Positions 35,521 to 49,619 of a stretch of DNA of 64,000 nucleotides are shown piece after piece. This DNA is from Eledone cirrhosa. Lineage: Eukaryota. The notes beneath the pieces are model-generated. The model searched no databases. It was not told where the DNA came from and was given only the letters and a program-made list of their open reading frames with translations. Position 1 is the first letter of the stretch, and each line of letters opens with the position of its first letter. The stretch covers positions 1 through 64,000 of the forward strand of contig CAXHJY010000013.1 of assembly GCA_964016885.1 (NCBI GenBank), written 5' to 3'. Made by a program: the position numbers and the translations under genes.

Positions 35521-36531
35521 AAAACTGAGGAAGGATATATGTATGTGTGTGTGTGTGTGTGAAACCCGAGAAGTACCCAACCGATCTTTTTCAAACTTTA
35601 CATGTGTATTACTTATATTTCAGGGAGTGTTATGTATATAAAAAATTCAAATATTTGATCCCCTAGGGCCCGCATTAGCTGAAAAACTGCGTTTTTTTTC
35701 AGCTTTTTAGGGGTTTTTGAGGCATTACGTCAGACCGATTTCCTTGAAATTGTAACTATGTATTAGTCAGTCTCTTCTTCATATGAGCAAAGAAAATCCA
35801 ACTGTTTTATGGCCTAGGGCCCGCATTAGGTGAAAAACTTCATTTTTTTCAGCTTTTTAGGGCTTTTTTGAGGCCTTACGTCTAGCCGATTTTCCCAAAA
35901 TTTCAAGGCATATTATGCACATAAAAAAAAAATTCATTTTCTTGATCCCCTAGGATTAGGTGAAAACCTGGCTTTTTCCTGCTTCATCGAGGAAAATCTT
36001 AGATTATCCAGCCATCACAGTATTCGGTTTATTTTCTTTACATATTGTCCAGGCATGCAGTTTTTCTACGATTAGGTCTGTTGGCGGCCCACGTTCCAAA
36101 ATACCTTATCTCGTGCAACGCCGGGTACCACTGCTAGTATAATAATAAAACTCTGTGATTGTGTGCTTGTCTGTAATTTCAGCCAAAACGGTGCATAATG
36201 GGGAAAATACTTTGAAAGGAAGTTACACTTGAAATGGAATACAAATGGAATAAAACAAGTTTCGCGTAAATCGGAGCACGCGTTCCTGAGATACGGGGTT
36301 TTTCCGGGTACCTTCATAAATAGAGAGAGAGAGTAGATTGAAAGAGAGACTTAGAGAGAGGAGACAGAGAAGGAAAATGGGAAAGAGAGAGAGAGCTGGT
36401 GGTGTTTTGTTGAATGAAATTCTAGCGGGTGACTTCAAAGAATCGAATACATTACTGTATCTAGCTCGAATTTGGTGACTGAATATTAAGTCATATGTAT
36501 CCTATTTCCTGCTAAATAGGAAGGGTTTCTA

Positions 36532-36570
<39 letters not shown>

Positions 36571-37024
36571 CCAGTGTATATAGGTCACACGCACGCACGC
36601 ACGCACACACTCTGACTGTATGGGCCTTCCGATTTCAATTTGCATTAAATACATGTTTATATTTTTAAGTGAATGTGGCCCAATGGGTCATGGGTAGTCT
36701 AGTATTGTTCTAGAATTTGGAGAGCTTCATGTTTATGGTTTCTAAACTCTGAAGAAAGTGCTGACTTTAATTTGGCAGCTATATTAAACAAGGTTGAGTG
36801 ACTGTATGAACCCCTACTTTCTAATCACTCTGTGTTGCTATGTGCATATTTGTGTGTGCGCATGCACACACACAAACACACACTATTGATTTTTTTTTTT
36901 CCATTCAGATATTTTTAAATCTGCAAATTACTCAATAGCCTTCATTTGATATTTATAAAGTAAATTATGAGGCTATTAATACACATAAACTGTATTCTCT
37001 TTAAACTGCATCCCCTCTATACCG

Positions 37025-37655
37025 TTTTCACTACCTCACATCCCCACTACCTTGTATTTCCACTAACCCACATCCCCAATACCTTGTGTTTCCACTACCT
37101 CACATCCCCACTACCTTGTATTTCCACTAACCCACATCCCCAATACCTTGTGTTTCCACTACCTCACATCCCCAATACCTTGTGTTTCCACTACCCTACA
37201 TTCCCACTACCTTGCATTTCCACTACCCCACATCCCCACTACCTTGTGTTTCCACTACCTTGTGTTTCTACTAACCCACATCCCCAATACCTTGTGTTTC
37301 CACTACCTCACATCCCCAATACCTTGTGTTTCCACTACCTCACATCCCCACTACCTTGTATTTCCACTAACCCACATCCCCAATACCTTGTGTTTCCACT
37401 ACCCTACATTCCCACTACCTTGCATTTCCACTACCCCACATCCCCACTACCTTGTGTTTCCACTACCCCACATTTCCACTACCTTGTATTTCTACTACCC
37501 CACATCCCCAGTACCTTGTCTTTCCACTACCCCACATCCCCACTACCTTGTGTTTCCACTACCTTGTGTTTCTACTACCCCACATCCCCACTACCTTGTC
37601 TTTCCACTAACTCACATCCCCACTACCTTGTGTTTCCACTAACCCACATTCTCAC
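37025..37655. repeat. 32-bp minisatellite built from two 16-bp subunits
   Basis: Unit ccactaccttgtgttt + ccactacctcacatcc, roughly 19 copies. Confidence 0.95.
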
Positions 37656-39311
37656 TATCCTGCTGTATTCCTACTACACAGCATTCCCACTACTCTGCTG
37701 TATCCCCATTACAATGTTTCCTACATCACATTCCCCCATCACTACTTTCCCAATATGTTGTCTTCTCTCTGCGATGTCATCCCTTCCACATGATCTACTT
37801 GTACCTATTTGTATAAGGTAAATGGGGACAAATATAAAATTAAGTGAATTGCTCAACTACACAATAAAAATATCACATTAAAGATTAACCTATTTATTTT
37901 GTCTGCTACCCATGTTAATGAGTAGGTCTTGTTACCCAGTCTATTCCTTTTCTTCTTCTCTCTCCCCCTCTTCTCCCTCTTTATCTCTCACTTTGCTCTC
38001 TCTTCCCAATATATCATACCTGAGAGTCTTTAAATTAAGTTTTTTGGCATAAATTTGAAGGGCTCTAATTTTAATCCTTTTGATACCAACCTGCCCAAAA
38101 CTGTTACCTGACTGATCTGAGATTGGTGTCTTATGAAGGGAGAGATTTCTTTCACATTCACTTCAAATCATGTAACTTCAACTGCCCCCCCCCCCCCCCC
38201 CCCTAAAGTCCCTCAAAATTTAGGGGTCATATTTTTACAGTTTATTGCTCTTGAGTTTAGCCCTTTTAATACCAAACCACCTGGAATCACACTGGTTCCA
38301 CGATAGTGTCTATATCTATCTAAAACATTCCATTATAATTATTTTATGTTTCAAACATCAGCTAAATCATATTGGAGTTAGGTATATTGTTAACTCTAGA
38401 AATATAGTAACAAAAAGGTTAAGCCCATTACATTCATTGTCTTGTTTTTTAAATACTATGCATAATTCTACATGTTTCATGCCACCTAGCTCTCAGAAAT
38501 AGGTATCAGATCACTTGGCATCACTATTTAAGCTTAAGCTTATACAAACCAGTAGAGGAGCTTCTGTATAGTAATTCAACCTGCTAAAAATAACAGCTAA
38601 ACTCCCCCAAAATTGCTATTGTCTTAAAGAAAGGACACCTTTGATAGTAGTCCTTGATGGTTGATGTTTGAATAAAAGACAGGATGGTCATGGCTGGAAT
38701 GTTTTTGATCATAAATCTAGGTTGATCTGGAGGTAAACAATAATGGCAGTGAATTGACAGAAGCATTAGAACTTTGGACAAAGAGCCTTGCAGTATTCTA
38801 GCTTTTTGCATTCTGAGTTCAATTTCTGCCATGGTCATCTTTGACTTTCATTGTTCCAGGGTTAATAAATAAAGTACCAATCTCAGGTGATGGGTTAGTG
38901 GAATTGTTAGAGCACAGTCTTGTGGTATCCGTTTTGATTCTTTGTGTTGTGGGTTCAAATCCCACCATGGCCTACTTGGGTTGTAGACTTAATCTGTCGC
39001 CACGTCTAACACCACTCCTTAGTCTTTGACTTTCTTTAATAGAGCCCACTCTGTTGAAAGTGTTTGAGCAAGGTCTCGGGTTTGAGGATGCTTTCTCCAT
39101 TCCACCTTTCTTGGAAGCCTTGAAAAAGGGCCATGGGCATTGCTCTTCCTCTTGACTAACTGTTAAAAAAAAACAATTTGATGTCTTATCCAGACGTAGA
39201 TTTATTTTTCATGTATTTACCAATACTAAACCATGGTTATTGTCTTGGTTTACTGTATTATCCTTTATAGCTGGAGTTTCTTCAAAGTATTTCTGTTGTA
39301 TTGGCTTAGAC

Positions 39312-39833
39312 CAGGGGTTCCCAACCTTTTTGTCGTTATCGCCCACTTTTCCACACACAAAAATTCCCATTGCCGACCTGTGCAGTAATTTTAAGGACGC
39401 AAAAATAAATCATTATTCAGAACGGTTGCTTAAAAAATGAAATATTTATTGAGATAAAATATTGCAAAATGGGCATTCGGAGTTGAAACGTTATTCAGAA
39501 GTTTTTGAATGCTAAATGTTTCTCAATGAAACAAAATTGAAAAATGATACATGTGTTAAATGTTCAACAAACTCACCATGTTTAGTTTTCAGTGTGATCC
39601 TTGAGGCTGATGCAACGCAGCTAGTGCAGACACACTAGGGAAGAGCGAATCCGAGCTCTGTGATTACAGCATACCGGCCATTTTATGATCAATAACATAC
39701 TTAATTACTGAAAATCATTTGTCACCCACCAAAATTTTAGATCGCCCACCATTTCCTAAAAATTCGTTCATCGCCCACTGGATAGTTGAAATCGCCCACC
39801 GGTGGGCGATATCGCCCAGGTTGGGAAACCCTG
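39312..39833. mobile_element. hAT (Buster/Charlie) non-autonomous transposon
   Basis: TIRs caggggttcccaacct / aggttgggaaaccctg; perfect 8-bp TSD GCTTAGAC; subterminal atcgccca repeats; minus-strand transposase C-terminal remnant HQPQGSH* at ~39590-39612. Confidence 0.93.
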
Positions 39834-40517
39834 GCTTAGACCATCCTCAATGTAAATCCCAAGTTTCCTTACACATAATTGTGATTTAATTTGATGGTTC
39901 TGTGCTGTGCAATATTTTCTTTACTATAGCTGAGTGTCAGCTGAAGCAGTATCAATTAATGATCAATATAGCAGGGCAGGCAGCTAGCTAGCTAGCTGCC
40001 TTCTTTCACTTTCAGCTAAACCTGTTACTATAATAACTGATCACTACTGCAGTGATGATTTATATCATTGTTTCATTGTTGTATGTTTTTATAATGTTAT
40101 ACGAGACCCTCTTACTTCCTGACCAACCACTGTTCTAAGTATCCAATGTCTTAGCATTAGGTTGCAAAATCTCTTCAATAAATGAACAGTCTTTGCATTA
40201 ATATTCCTGTAGAACTCAGCTGTTTACTAATGGAAGTTCTATGTGTTAGCCATGACACTGACATCATTATATGATATTTGATAATTATTGTTTAGAGTTT
40301 TAAGACAGTAAAATTGCTGCCTTGCTTAGATGGAAGTGTCATGAAACATTAAAGGGAGAACCTTTCAAAATATATGCAATAAGAGACATCAACAATTGTT
40401 AATTAACAACTGAAAATATTAAATCAAATGTGACTGGTGGAATAGCTAAATTTGTAGCATGCAGCTCTAAATGTATTATAGTATTTAATTCTAAGTTCAA
40501 ATTTCACCAAGTTCCCC

Positions 40518-41620
40518 ATCATCATCATCATCATCACATGTTCATTTTTCTGTGCTTGCATGGATTGGATGGGTCTTTTCCACCAAAGCACCCCTCCATT
40601 TGTGTTCCTTTTTCATTTCCTGAGAGATTCAGTGTTTTGAGATTAGCTCACACTACTCTTGCCCAAGTCATCCTTTGCTGCAGCTTCTTTCCACTGGGAT
40701 CTCCTGGCACTTCGCCCAATGATCATCATCCATATACATCACATGTTCATACCAGCAAAATTGTGTACATTGTATTGAGATCCCACTTGCTCCTTTTCAA
40801 CATAATCAAGTACAGTCATTTCCCTGATAGTATCAGAGTATTGTCCTCTTTCTTACTTACTAAAACTTTGGTCTTTACTTTGGTTACTTACTAAAAGTCT
40901 GGGCCCTTTTGATTCTAAGTCCTGTTTTTTTCTAGCTCTTCCATAGATTCAAATCATAAACATACAGGAGTTTTGGCCTGAAGAACTATAGTATACATAA
41001 GTGTGTTAAGGACAAATTCCTGATGAACTCCCACCTGTATCTTTGTACATGGCTTGCATCACTCTCACATGCCACTCATCTACACTCAGTATTCCTAAGA
41101 ACCACCAGACAACAGATCATGGTACTCTGTCAAAAGCCTTTTCTAGATCAATGAAAATTAGGTATAGCAGCTTACATTTAGCTGGGAGCTTCTTTTGTAG
41201 TAGTCTTACTAAAAAGAGGGCATCTGTGGTGCTCCTTCCAGGCACAAACCAAACTGCATCTCATCTAATTTGACTCTTTCTCTAATTCTGTTGTTTTATG
41301 CCTTTGTAGTTGCTCTTTTCTAGAGCATCACCTTTTCCCCTGTAACAATTAATGGTTACACAGCTATACCAGTCATTGGGTATAGCAACATCTTGTATTA
41401 CCTGAATGACTATGTGGGTGATACATCTGATGATTTCAGCATCTCAGTGACTATCTCTGGTGGTCAAACAACAATTCCATTTTTCATATCCCTGGTTGCT
41501 ACTTTGATCCTATAATTATTAAACTTTGATAGCCAGTTGTTCTATAGTGTCTACTGGGGGTAGTTCCTCTTTCAATACTAACATTTCTAAGCCTCTTTCT
41601 TCTAAGTGTCATTCCAAACA
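40518..41620 (-). mobile_element. Old degenerate RTE copy with internal deletions
   Basis: (CAT)n tail at 40518 and remnants of KAFDRVP and QFGF.PG.STTDALF. Confidence 0.85.
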
Positions 41621-42419
41621 TACTTTTCCCTAACTACATCCTGATACTCATTAACACACTACTTTGCAATGTGTTAATGTGTACCAGGATGTAGTCGAAT
41701 AGTGAAGTTTGATCATCTAGCGTTGGTTTTAATAATTCTCTTTGTATTTTTTTTCCTATTCTTTTTAAAAATCCTATTTGATTTTCTTTCTAAATATCTA
41801 TGGTTTACTAATGCCTTGAAGTTTACATTAGAATGTTCTCAAAGTTTGAATATATAAATGTGCACACACACTAACACACACATATATATACACACATACA
41901 TGCATTAATGATCATATATTTTACTTTAAACACAATGGGACATCTGTAATAGGGAAAAGTGTGATCCTCACATTGGCAAACTTCCTGATTTCAGCTCCTT
42001 TATGTGCTAACTAAATCTTTATTTGATATTGTTCTCTGCTGCTCCCATTTTTTCCATTAACCCCAGTGTCATATGTATCTATCTCTTCCTTTTTTTTTGT
42101 AGTAAACATCTCTTAGAACTTTTTTGAACCCATATTTAACTGTAAGGTCTTTTAGCTTCCATATTTTCTTTCTCCAGATTTTCCTCTACATCTAATTCCG
42201 TTTAGTTATTATTTTGATGTTACAAATATTTGTTTGATTAGTAGTTGATTAAGTGACTGGCCAGTTTATTTATTTATCTGGGATTGATACAGTTATATGC
42301 GCAAAGGATTTGTTTGATTACAACCTCTCCTTATTAATTTGTGGCATTTTGTAAGTCAAAATTTAATCCATCACACCAGATATTTCACTTGAAATTGTCT
42401 CTGGGCACATTGTGACAGT

Positions 42420-42775
42420 TGTCATTCACCTCAATTCTGTCTCTACTCTAGCCACTGGCCAACACATTGTGAGTTACTCTACTGCTGTCTTTAGCTACTG
42501 GTCAACAGTAATAGCTATCATCATCATCTTTGTGCCCATCTTCCATGCTAGTAGTAAGCTACCTCACCACTGTCTCTAGCTACTGGTCAACACTGGTAGC
42601 TACTGTAGTAGTTACCTCACCACTGTCTCTGACCACTGGTCAACATTGTGGTAGCTACTGTAGTAAGTTACCTCACCACAGTCCCTGGCCACTGATCAAC
42701 AGTGGTAGCTACTGCAGTAGTAGTTACCTCACCACAGTCTCTGGCCACTGGTCAATAGTGGTAGTTATTACAAGT
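42420..42775. repeat. ~57-bp degenerate minisatellite
   Basis: Recurring tacctcaccactgtctct..ccactggtcaaca..ggtagctactg. Confidence 0.8.
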
Positions 42776-43654
42776 TAAGTGCTCTCTCTTTGTTTGCTTG
42801 TATTAAAACGTCCATAATTAATAAATAACATTGTTCAAATCTTATTGATATATGAATGAAATAATGAAATGAAATGAAATGAAATTATTGTGTAAAGTGC
42901 TCAGGTGCACTACAACTCGTCAATATAGTACATAGAATAATACACAAATGCCAGGGAAGTACATGTTTGTATGTGTTAGCTGTAGTGTTGGCGGATCTCG
43001 GGAAGCATGGAGGCCTTAAAGGATGCATTGGATTTAAATAAGTAACATATTATTTGTTATGTTATATTATTCCAAACATCATCTTTATGTACCATATATA
43101 GTTGATATGCTAGTTATTTCAATAAATCTCTTTAAATTCTTGATTATTTTGAGAGATATTTGAGGCATGCAGGCACCCTATTCTTAGAAATCAGGCCATG
43201 AAAAGGTTAATAGAGTTTGGTTGTTGTTATTAAGGGCAACATAGTTCATTTATCCATACACTCATATATTTTTCTCTCTGCTAGCACATGTATGCATGTC
43301 TGTAGTGTGTAGACTGTTTACATTGTAATTGAAACTCACTGTATGGCTGCGTATAAATTCTCACATACACACACACACACACACACATTAAGGCACACGG
43401 CAATGACTCATTCCTCCCCATACACACATTGTCATCATTACACTGCATTGTGGGAATTGTACATTCTACAGTCTATTGATCTGCTACTACTACATCTATT
43501 GCTATAACTATTACCACTGCCTCCACCATAACTATTGCAGCTGCCACTACCAATACCATCACTGCTTCCACTATTACTCATACTACTGCCAATCATGTAT
43601 TGATCTATACCCATGATCCTGCTACCACCTTATCATCATCACTACTATTTTGAG

Positions 43655-43850
43655 AGAGCAGCTATGTAGTCACCTTACCTGCTAGAAATAGTAGTCTAAT
43701 CTTTCTCAAATCGGACATTACTGTTTTGAATAAAATAATACACTGGACAATGCGGTTCCTGATATTAAAAAAAGTGGGATGGAAATGGCTGGAATATCTT
43801 TTATTATAGACTTACTTAACTAGGGCTGACCAGGAGCTAAGCAAGTACAA
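43655..43850 (+). repeat. Unclassified short interspersed repeat
   Basis: ctgctagaaatag...gggctgacc..ggctaagcaa recurs at ~38575 and ~51300, and reversed at ~25400-25600. Confidence 0.55.
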
Positions 43851-45439
43851 CTAGTGGTAGGACCAGCGCCACTACCTCTAGAGATATCTAAACATTGTCC
43901 CATTCTCTCCTTCTTTCCTCAATGATTGGGTTTTAAGAAATAATGGTTAGCCCCCCCCCCCCCCCCCCCCCCTCCAGATCAAAGATGTTCCAGATATAAC
44001 TCATTCTGGTTTTTTTTTATATTCAGAGAATATCTAGAGCTACATTATTTAATGTGTTCTCTCCTTTTTTTGTTTTGTTTTTATAGTAGTAGGGAGTGAT
44101 TTGGAGATCTGTCTGCTATTTCTAGCATGTGAAGTGAACCTTTTGAGACTTCTTTGTGGAAGGTGGTTACTTGGTAGTGGTGGGATAATGGTGGTAGAAA
44201 TTGTATGTTGATGATGGTAGTAGTGGTTAAAGTGGTACATGTAGTACTGATATTGGTACCACAGCTGTCGAGCATACACCAGGTGTGAGTGAGTTCAAGT
44301 CCCACTGATGATGCTGTCTACTTTTTGTTCATCTCTAGATGCTTATATACCCAACTTGTTGCATTATTTTTCATAGTCAAAAACCTGTGTTGAAGCAGTT
44401 TACTTAAAACTAATATACATTTAAAATTCATAATTTGCTTGTTTCATGAATGATTGATTCTTAGTATAAATATATACATTTTAGAAAACATAGTAGCTAT
44501 AGATTGATGTTAGTCTAGACAGTTTCACATTTTACAACATATATTTTTATATGCAAAATTGTTTGCAGACAAATAAGAGTGTGACTTGTGTGTGTGTGTG
44601 CGCACACACACACACATATGTTGGGTTGTTGATTTATGGGTATAAAAATAACATTTACTAATGAGGCTGGCTCCATGCATGCAGAAGAGTTGTATTTATT
44701 ATATATGGATGCACCCCATCTCCTGTCCAACCCATGCCAACCTGGAAAAACAAAAATAGAATGTATGAACTAGACATGTCGTTCTGGTGTCATGATAAAA
44801 ACCTTCAGTCCACGTTGTAATGTGGTTGGCATATATAAGGGCATCCAACCTTAGAAACCAAGCCCCAAACAGTTTCATATGAGCAAGACATTGTCATCTG
44901 ACCTGACCTGATTAGTCTCATAGTGTGACAACCTGTCTAACCTATGCAGATATGGAAACTAGATGTTAAATGGTGATGATGATTGTGGTTGACTGGTATT
45001 TGAGTTTCACCCTAGGCAACAGCTAATACATCTAGGATGAATTAGCTGTTGGATTTGGTGATTTGAATTTATATTTGGCAATTTTTAGCATGTTGAAGGA
45101 CCATATAGTGGCTTTCAGTGAGCTAGGAAATATTTTGAAATCAATTTGATTAGCATAATTAGACTGGAATGTCCTGCTAAAGCTATGGACATCACTCCTC
45201 TTCATTGAACTAAAATGTAAATAGAAAGAAAAATACCAGTTTAGTTCTGTAATTTAAATTTGTACCACACTCTAGAATATACCCTCCTGGTTACCATACT
45301 TTTGGCATACTCTCCTACACAGCTAATTAGCTCACCTAGTTAACAGAAGCTATTCACTAGTTATAGAGAGCCCTCTAAGCATTTGAAAGAATTAATTACT
45401 CTTGTGCATTGGCTACACTGTATGGAATTCCTAGATGGT

Positions 45440-46080
45440 AATAGTCCTGTTTTCCTGTTGAGCAAAACACTTGTCATTGCTTGTTTATTTGGAGATATTT
45501 TAATTCTAAGTTTTGCTTCCACTTTTGGAATTTCTTCTCTGATTTTTCAGCAGTTTTAACTATGAGAACTGGATCATCAGCATACAAAAGTTTCCATGAC
45601 CTGCCTTAAATTCTTTTGTTATGGCCTGGAGAACTATAAGAACTTCTGAAGTTGTCTTACTAGGAAGAGGGCACTAGTGGTATTCTAGGAAGAGGGCACT
45701 AGTGGTATTCCATTTTTTCACCAACTTAGACTCTCATCTAAGCTCATTTTCTTCCAAATTAGTTGTGCTATATAGCTCTTTCTGTTATTTTCATAATTTT
45801 ATCCCTCAATTTGGTGCCTCTAGTTGTTTCTCTCTAAGGAATCTCCTTTGCCCTTATAGCAGTTGATGATGATGATAATATTATTTCAGTCAGTGGAAAT
45901 GGCTCATTGCTGTTCTACCCGATTGACTATACAAGCAATTAACTTCACTGCCTCATATTGATTGACTATCCCTGACATTCCAGTTGCTTTCCCTGTCTTT
46001 ATATCCTTAATGGTCATTTTGATCATATAGTAATCAGATTTCAATAATTGATCTCTTGGTTGGTCTACTTTCTCATCTAC
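45440..46080 (-). mobile_element. Highly degenerate RTE RT fragment
   Basis: Remnants of WKLLYADD, INCYKGKGD and IKDIKTGKA on the minus strand. Confidence 0.75.
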
Positions 46081-46870
46081 AAATTATCTAATGATGGAAA
46101 TTTCATTTCATAGAGGTATATGATTGCCTTTCTCACACCATGTATCTTCAACCATTCCTAACAGATGGTTTTATCTCTTATTAAGACTTTTTTATGTTCT
46201 TTTGCCCTGACATTTAGGGGTAGGTCTCCCAGTTTTCTGAACTGATGTATATGAAGCTCTATAAAAAAGCTGGATGTTCTCTTGGGATGTATTTCTCAAT
46301 TGATCTATGTCAAAATATAGGAATATTGACAAATATTAATGAGAAAAGAAAACAACTAAATCAGGAATGACTGAATATATGTGGTGCAAAAAATAAAACC
46401 ATATAACTCTATGGAATGAAATTTCCATAATTGATAGAGAACCACAGCCGGAACACCCATCTGCTTTTCATACTAGTATGGGTTGGACAGGTTGTTATGA
46501 TTCGTGTCAGTTCTTATTTGGAGTTAGTCAGAGGACTGTGTTATGCTTATACATTCCAATAATTTTTGTTTCAGTTCTGCTCTTCTCAAATATACTGGTT
46601 TCTTTCTATCCTGTATTCCTTGTTCTTTTTGCAAGCCTTTCCCAGAACATGTTGATAACTGTAATGTTATTGTTTAAATAGTGAGCATTACATCCAACCG
46701 GGTGTTAGATATAACACTATTCTTTCAGCCAGCTGTCCCAGTTCAACCAACTGTTGATGACTTGCTAAATCTCTCTACTATTTGTGGGGATGTGGTCAGT
46801 ATTTCTGTTTTGACAGACACATATACAAACATGTTGCCTAGGAAATGACAATGCCATGCCTACAGGTGAT

Positions 46871-49144
46871 ATCATCATCATCATCATCAACGTTTAACGT
46901 CCGTGTTCCACGCTTGCATGGGTTTGGACGGGGGTAGTCCCACTTGAGGCAAGAGTGATTGTCTTGCTCGCATAGGACTGTCTGGCAGGTTTTCTACAGT
47001 TGGATGCCCTTCCTAACACCAACCACATTTACAGTGTGGGTCTGGGAGGTTTTTACCATGTTGCCTACACGGCCACATTACAGCGTGGACTGTGTGTTTT
47101 TTTGTCGTGACACCTACACGATCTCATTTGTTTCGGCCTCGATGGCGCGGCACCAACATAACTTTACATAGAACGGGGTGGTGTGGATGGGGTGGTGGTG
47201 GTGGTGGTGGGACGGGGTGTATTTGTTAGAGATGCCTACTGGCTGGAGTAGGTTTTACTATATATTTAGGTAAGGCGGGTCTTCTCTGTTACTGAGTACC
47301 GCCAAAGGTCTCGGTCCAGTGACATTGTCTTGGAGAGGTGTAAGTGTGTGATGTCGGAGTTTATCAGCTCGTCCCAGGTTTTTCTAGGTCTGCCTATTCC
47401 GTGACTACCGTCTATCTTTATTGCCCTGCACTTTGTTATACAGCTATCGACTTTCATGCGCATCACGTGTCCATACCAATGTAGCCTTCTCTCGAGTAAA
47501 CAACATCTGATCCCTCTTATCTCTAATTTTTTCCTTAGTTCGTTTATGCTTTGCCGTTCACGTATATTACTGTTACACATCCAGCGGAGCATGCAAGCTT
47601 CGTTCCTCTCTAGTCTGCGTATATCCTCTGCACACAATGCCCAGGTCTCACTGCCATGCAGCATTGCTGTTCGTATGCAGGCATCGTACAACCTGCCTTT
47701 CATTTTTAGGGAGAACCCTTTAGCAGCTAATAGTGGTATAAGCTCTCTGAACTTTTTCCAACCAGTTCTGACTCTAGCTACAGTACTTTCAGAGCACCCT
47801 CCCCCACTGCTGATTTTATCGCCCAGGTAACGGAAGCTGTCCACTATTTCTATAGAACCCTCTGCGCAATTGAAAGAGCTAGTATTTTGTGGGCACTTGC
47901 TGCTACTTATTGCACCAGAACACCGGCCACATGTAAAATCTATGTTCTTAGTTAGCTTACCTGTGATCCCACTACATCTTTTATGCACCCATACTTTGCA
48001 TTTAGGACATAAAATGGAGTTTCTACCTACGCCTTTCCTACACACCGAGCACGCCATTTCCCAGAAGGGACCGCCGCCTTGTTTTCTTTCCTACAAACTA
48101 GTACTTTGGTCTTAGCCAGGTTAATTTTAAGTCCTTTTGACTCTAGGCCGTGCTTCCTTGTTTGGAATTTCTTCTCTAGCTCGGCCATTGATTCCGCTAT
48201 GAGTCTCAGGTCGTCTGCGTATAGGAGTTCCCATGGGAAGCCTGTCTTGAACTCCTCTGTTATAGCCTGAAGGGCAATAATAAATAGTAGGGGGCTGAGA
48301 ACAGAGCCCTGATGGACGCCAACTTTTACGCTAAACTCTTCACTATATTCGTTGTTAATTCTAACCTTGCTGACTGTTTCTTTATACATGGCTTGTATAG
48401 CCCTCACAAGCCATTCGTCAACGCCTAGTTTTCTAAGAGCCCACCAGATAATGGAGCGGGGGACTCTGTCGAAGGCTTTCTCCAAGTCGACAAAAGCTAA
48501 GTAGAGGGGTTTACTTTTAGCTAGGTACTTCTCCTGTAGTTGTCGTACTATGAAAAGAGCGTCTGTGGTACTTTTGCCTGACACAAACCCGAACTGCATT
48601 TCATCTAGGTCAATTCTCTCTCTGATTAGTTGCGCTATTACTTTTTCCGTGACCTTCATGACCTGGTCGATTAATTTAATGCCTCTATAGTTACTCCTAT
48701 CTAGGGCGTCTCCTTTACCCTTATAACAGTTAACGATGATGCTGCTATGCCAGTCCTTCGGAACAACCCCATTCTGTACGACTTGGTTAACTATGCGGGT
48801 GACCATGGTGTGTCCCACCGTGCCAGATGCCTTCAGCATCTCAGCAACTATTTCCGAAGGCCCAGCCGCCTTACCCGTCTTCATATCCTTGATTGCCTTA
48901 CTTATTATACTCCCCTCGACTAACACTGCTGGTCCCTCTATTGGGTCGATATGGGGGAGACTGTCCTTCTCCCATTTATTCTCCTCATTTAGTAGCCTTT
49001 CATAGTGACACTTCCAAGCTACCTTCTTATCAGCGTCGGTGATGGCAAGTGTGCCATCGTCGTTTAGTACACACTTCTCCCCGACAATATCACGGTTTTC
49101 CTTGACGCATTGCCTAGCAATCCTGAACACCTCACGTTTTTGGT
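46871..49144 (-). mobile_element. Young 5'-truncated RTE-A copy
   Basis: ORFs 48027-49130 and 47266-48057 are split by a 1-nt frameshift. Has 3' UTR and GAT tail. Confidence 0.97.
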
Positions 49145-49619
49145 AAACAAATTAGAACAAAAGGTACTTAGTAATTTTTTTTTCTTTTACTGGTTTCAAT
49201 AATTGGATTGTGGCCATGTTGAGGGTTTCAGTTGATTATATTGATCCCTTTATTTTGTCTGGTACTTAATTTCATCAATTACTGAAATGTAAAGTGGGCA
49301 CATGAGTTAAGGGGGAAATAACTCAGTTGGATATAAAATACCTCGGGGTGGGGGGCATATATGCCTTGATTCTTGTTTGCCTAATGCTGATAATCATTGC
49401 ATGATGATGCAATGGTATGATGATGGGTTTTTGCACAGTTTCTACAAGAAGTTTGTCCTATATATTTGTATCTTGTTTATCCATCTCAAATCTCTCTGAT
49501 CTGACATGACATGACCTGCTAGAACTTGATACTTCATATATAAACAACAAGGTTCATCACATTGAAAGTACATGTAACAATATATGAGACAATATAATGT
49601 TAAAGAGTTCTTTAACATA

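Larger units (their letters stand above)
33410..36137 (+). mobile_element. Non-autonomous Helitron interrupted by an RTE-A insertion
   Basis: 5' A|TCTATATATGTATATAT...AAAACTGAGG; 3' hairpin ctcgtgcaacgccggg followed by CTAG|T; internal ~150-bp tandem units. Confidence 0.75.

Noticed and set aside
37025-37655. CRISPR-like array
   Set aside because: The units are contiguous with no unique spacers, the context is eukaryotic, and there are no cas genes.
36967-37821. 284-aa and 164-aa repetitive Pro/His-rich ORFs
   Set aside because: They are translations of the 32-bp minisatellite.
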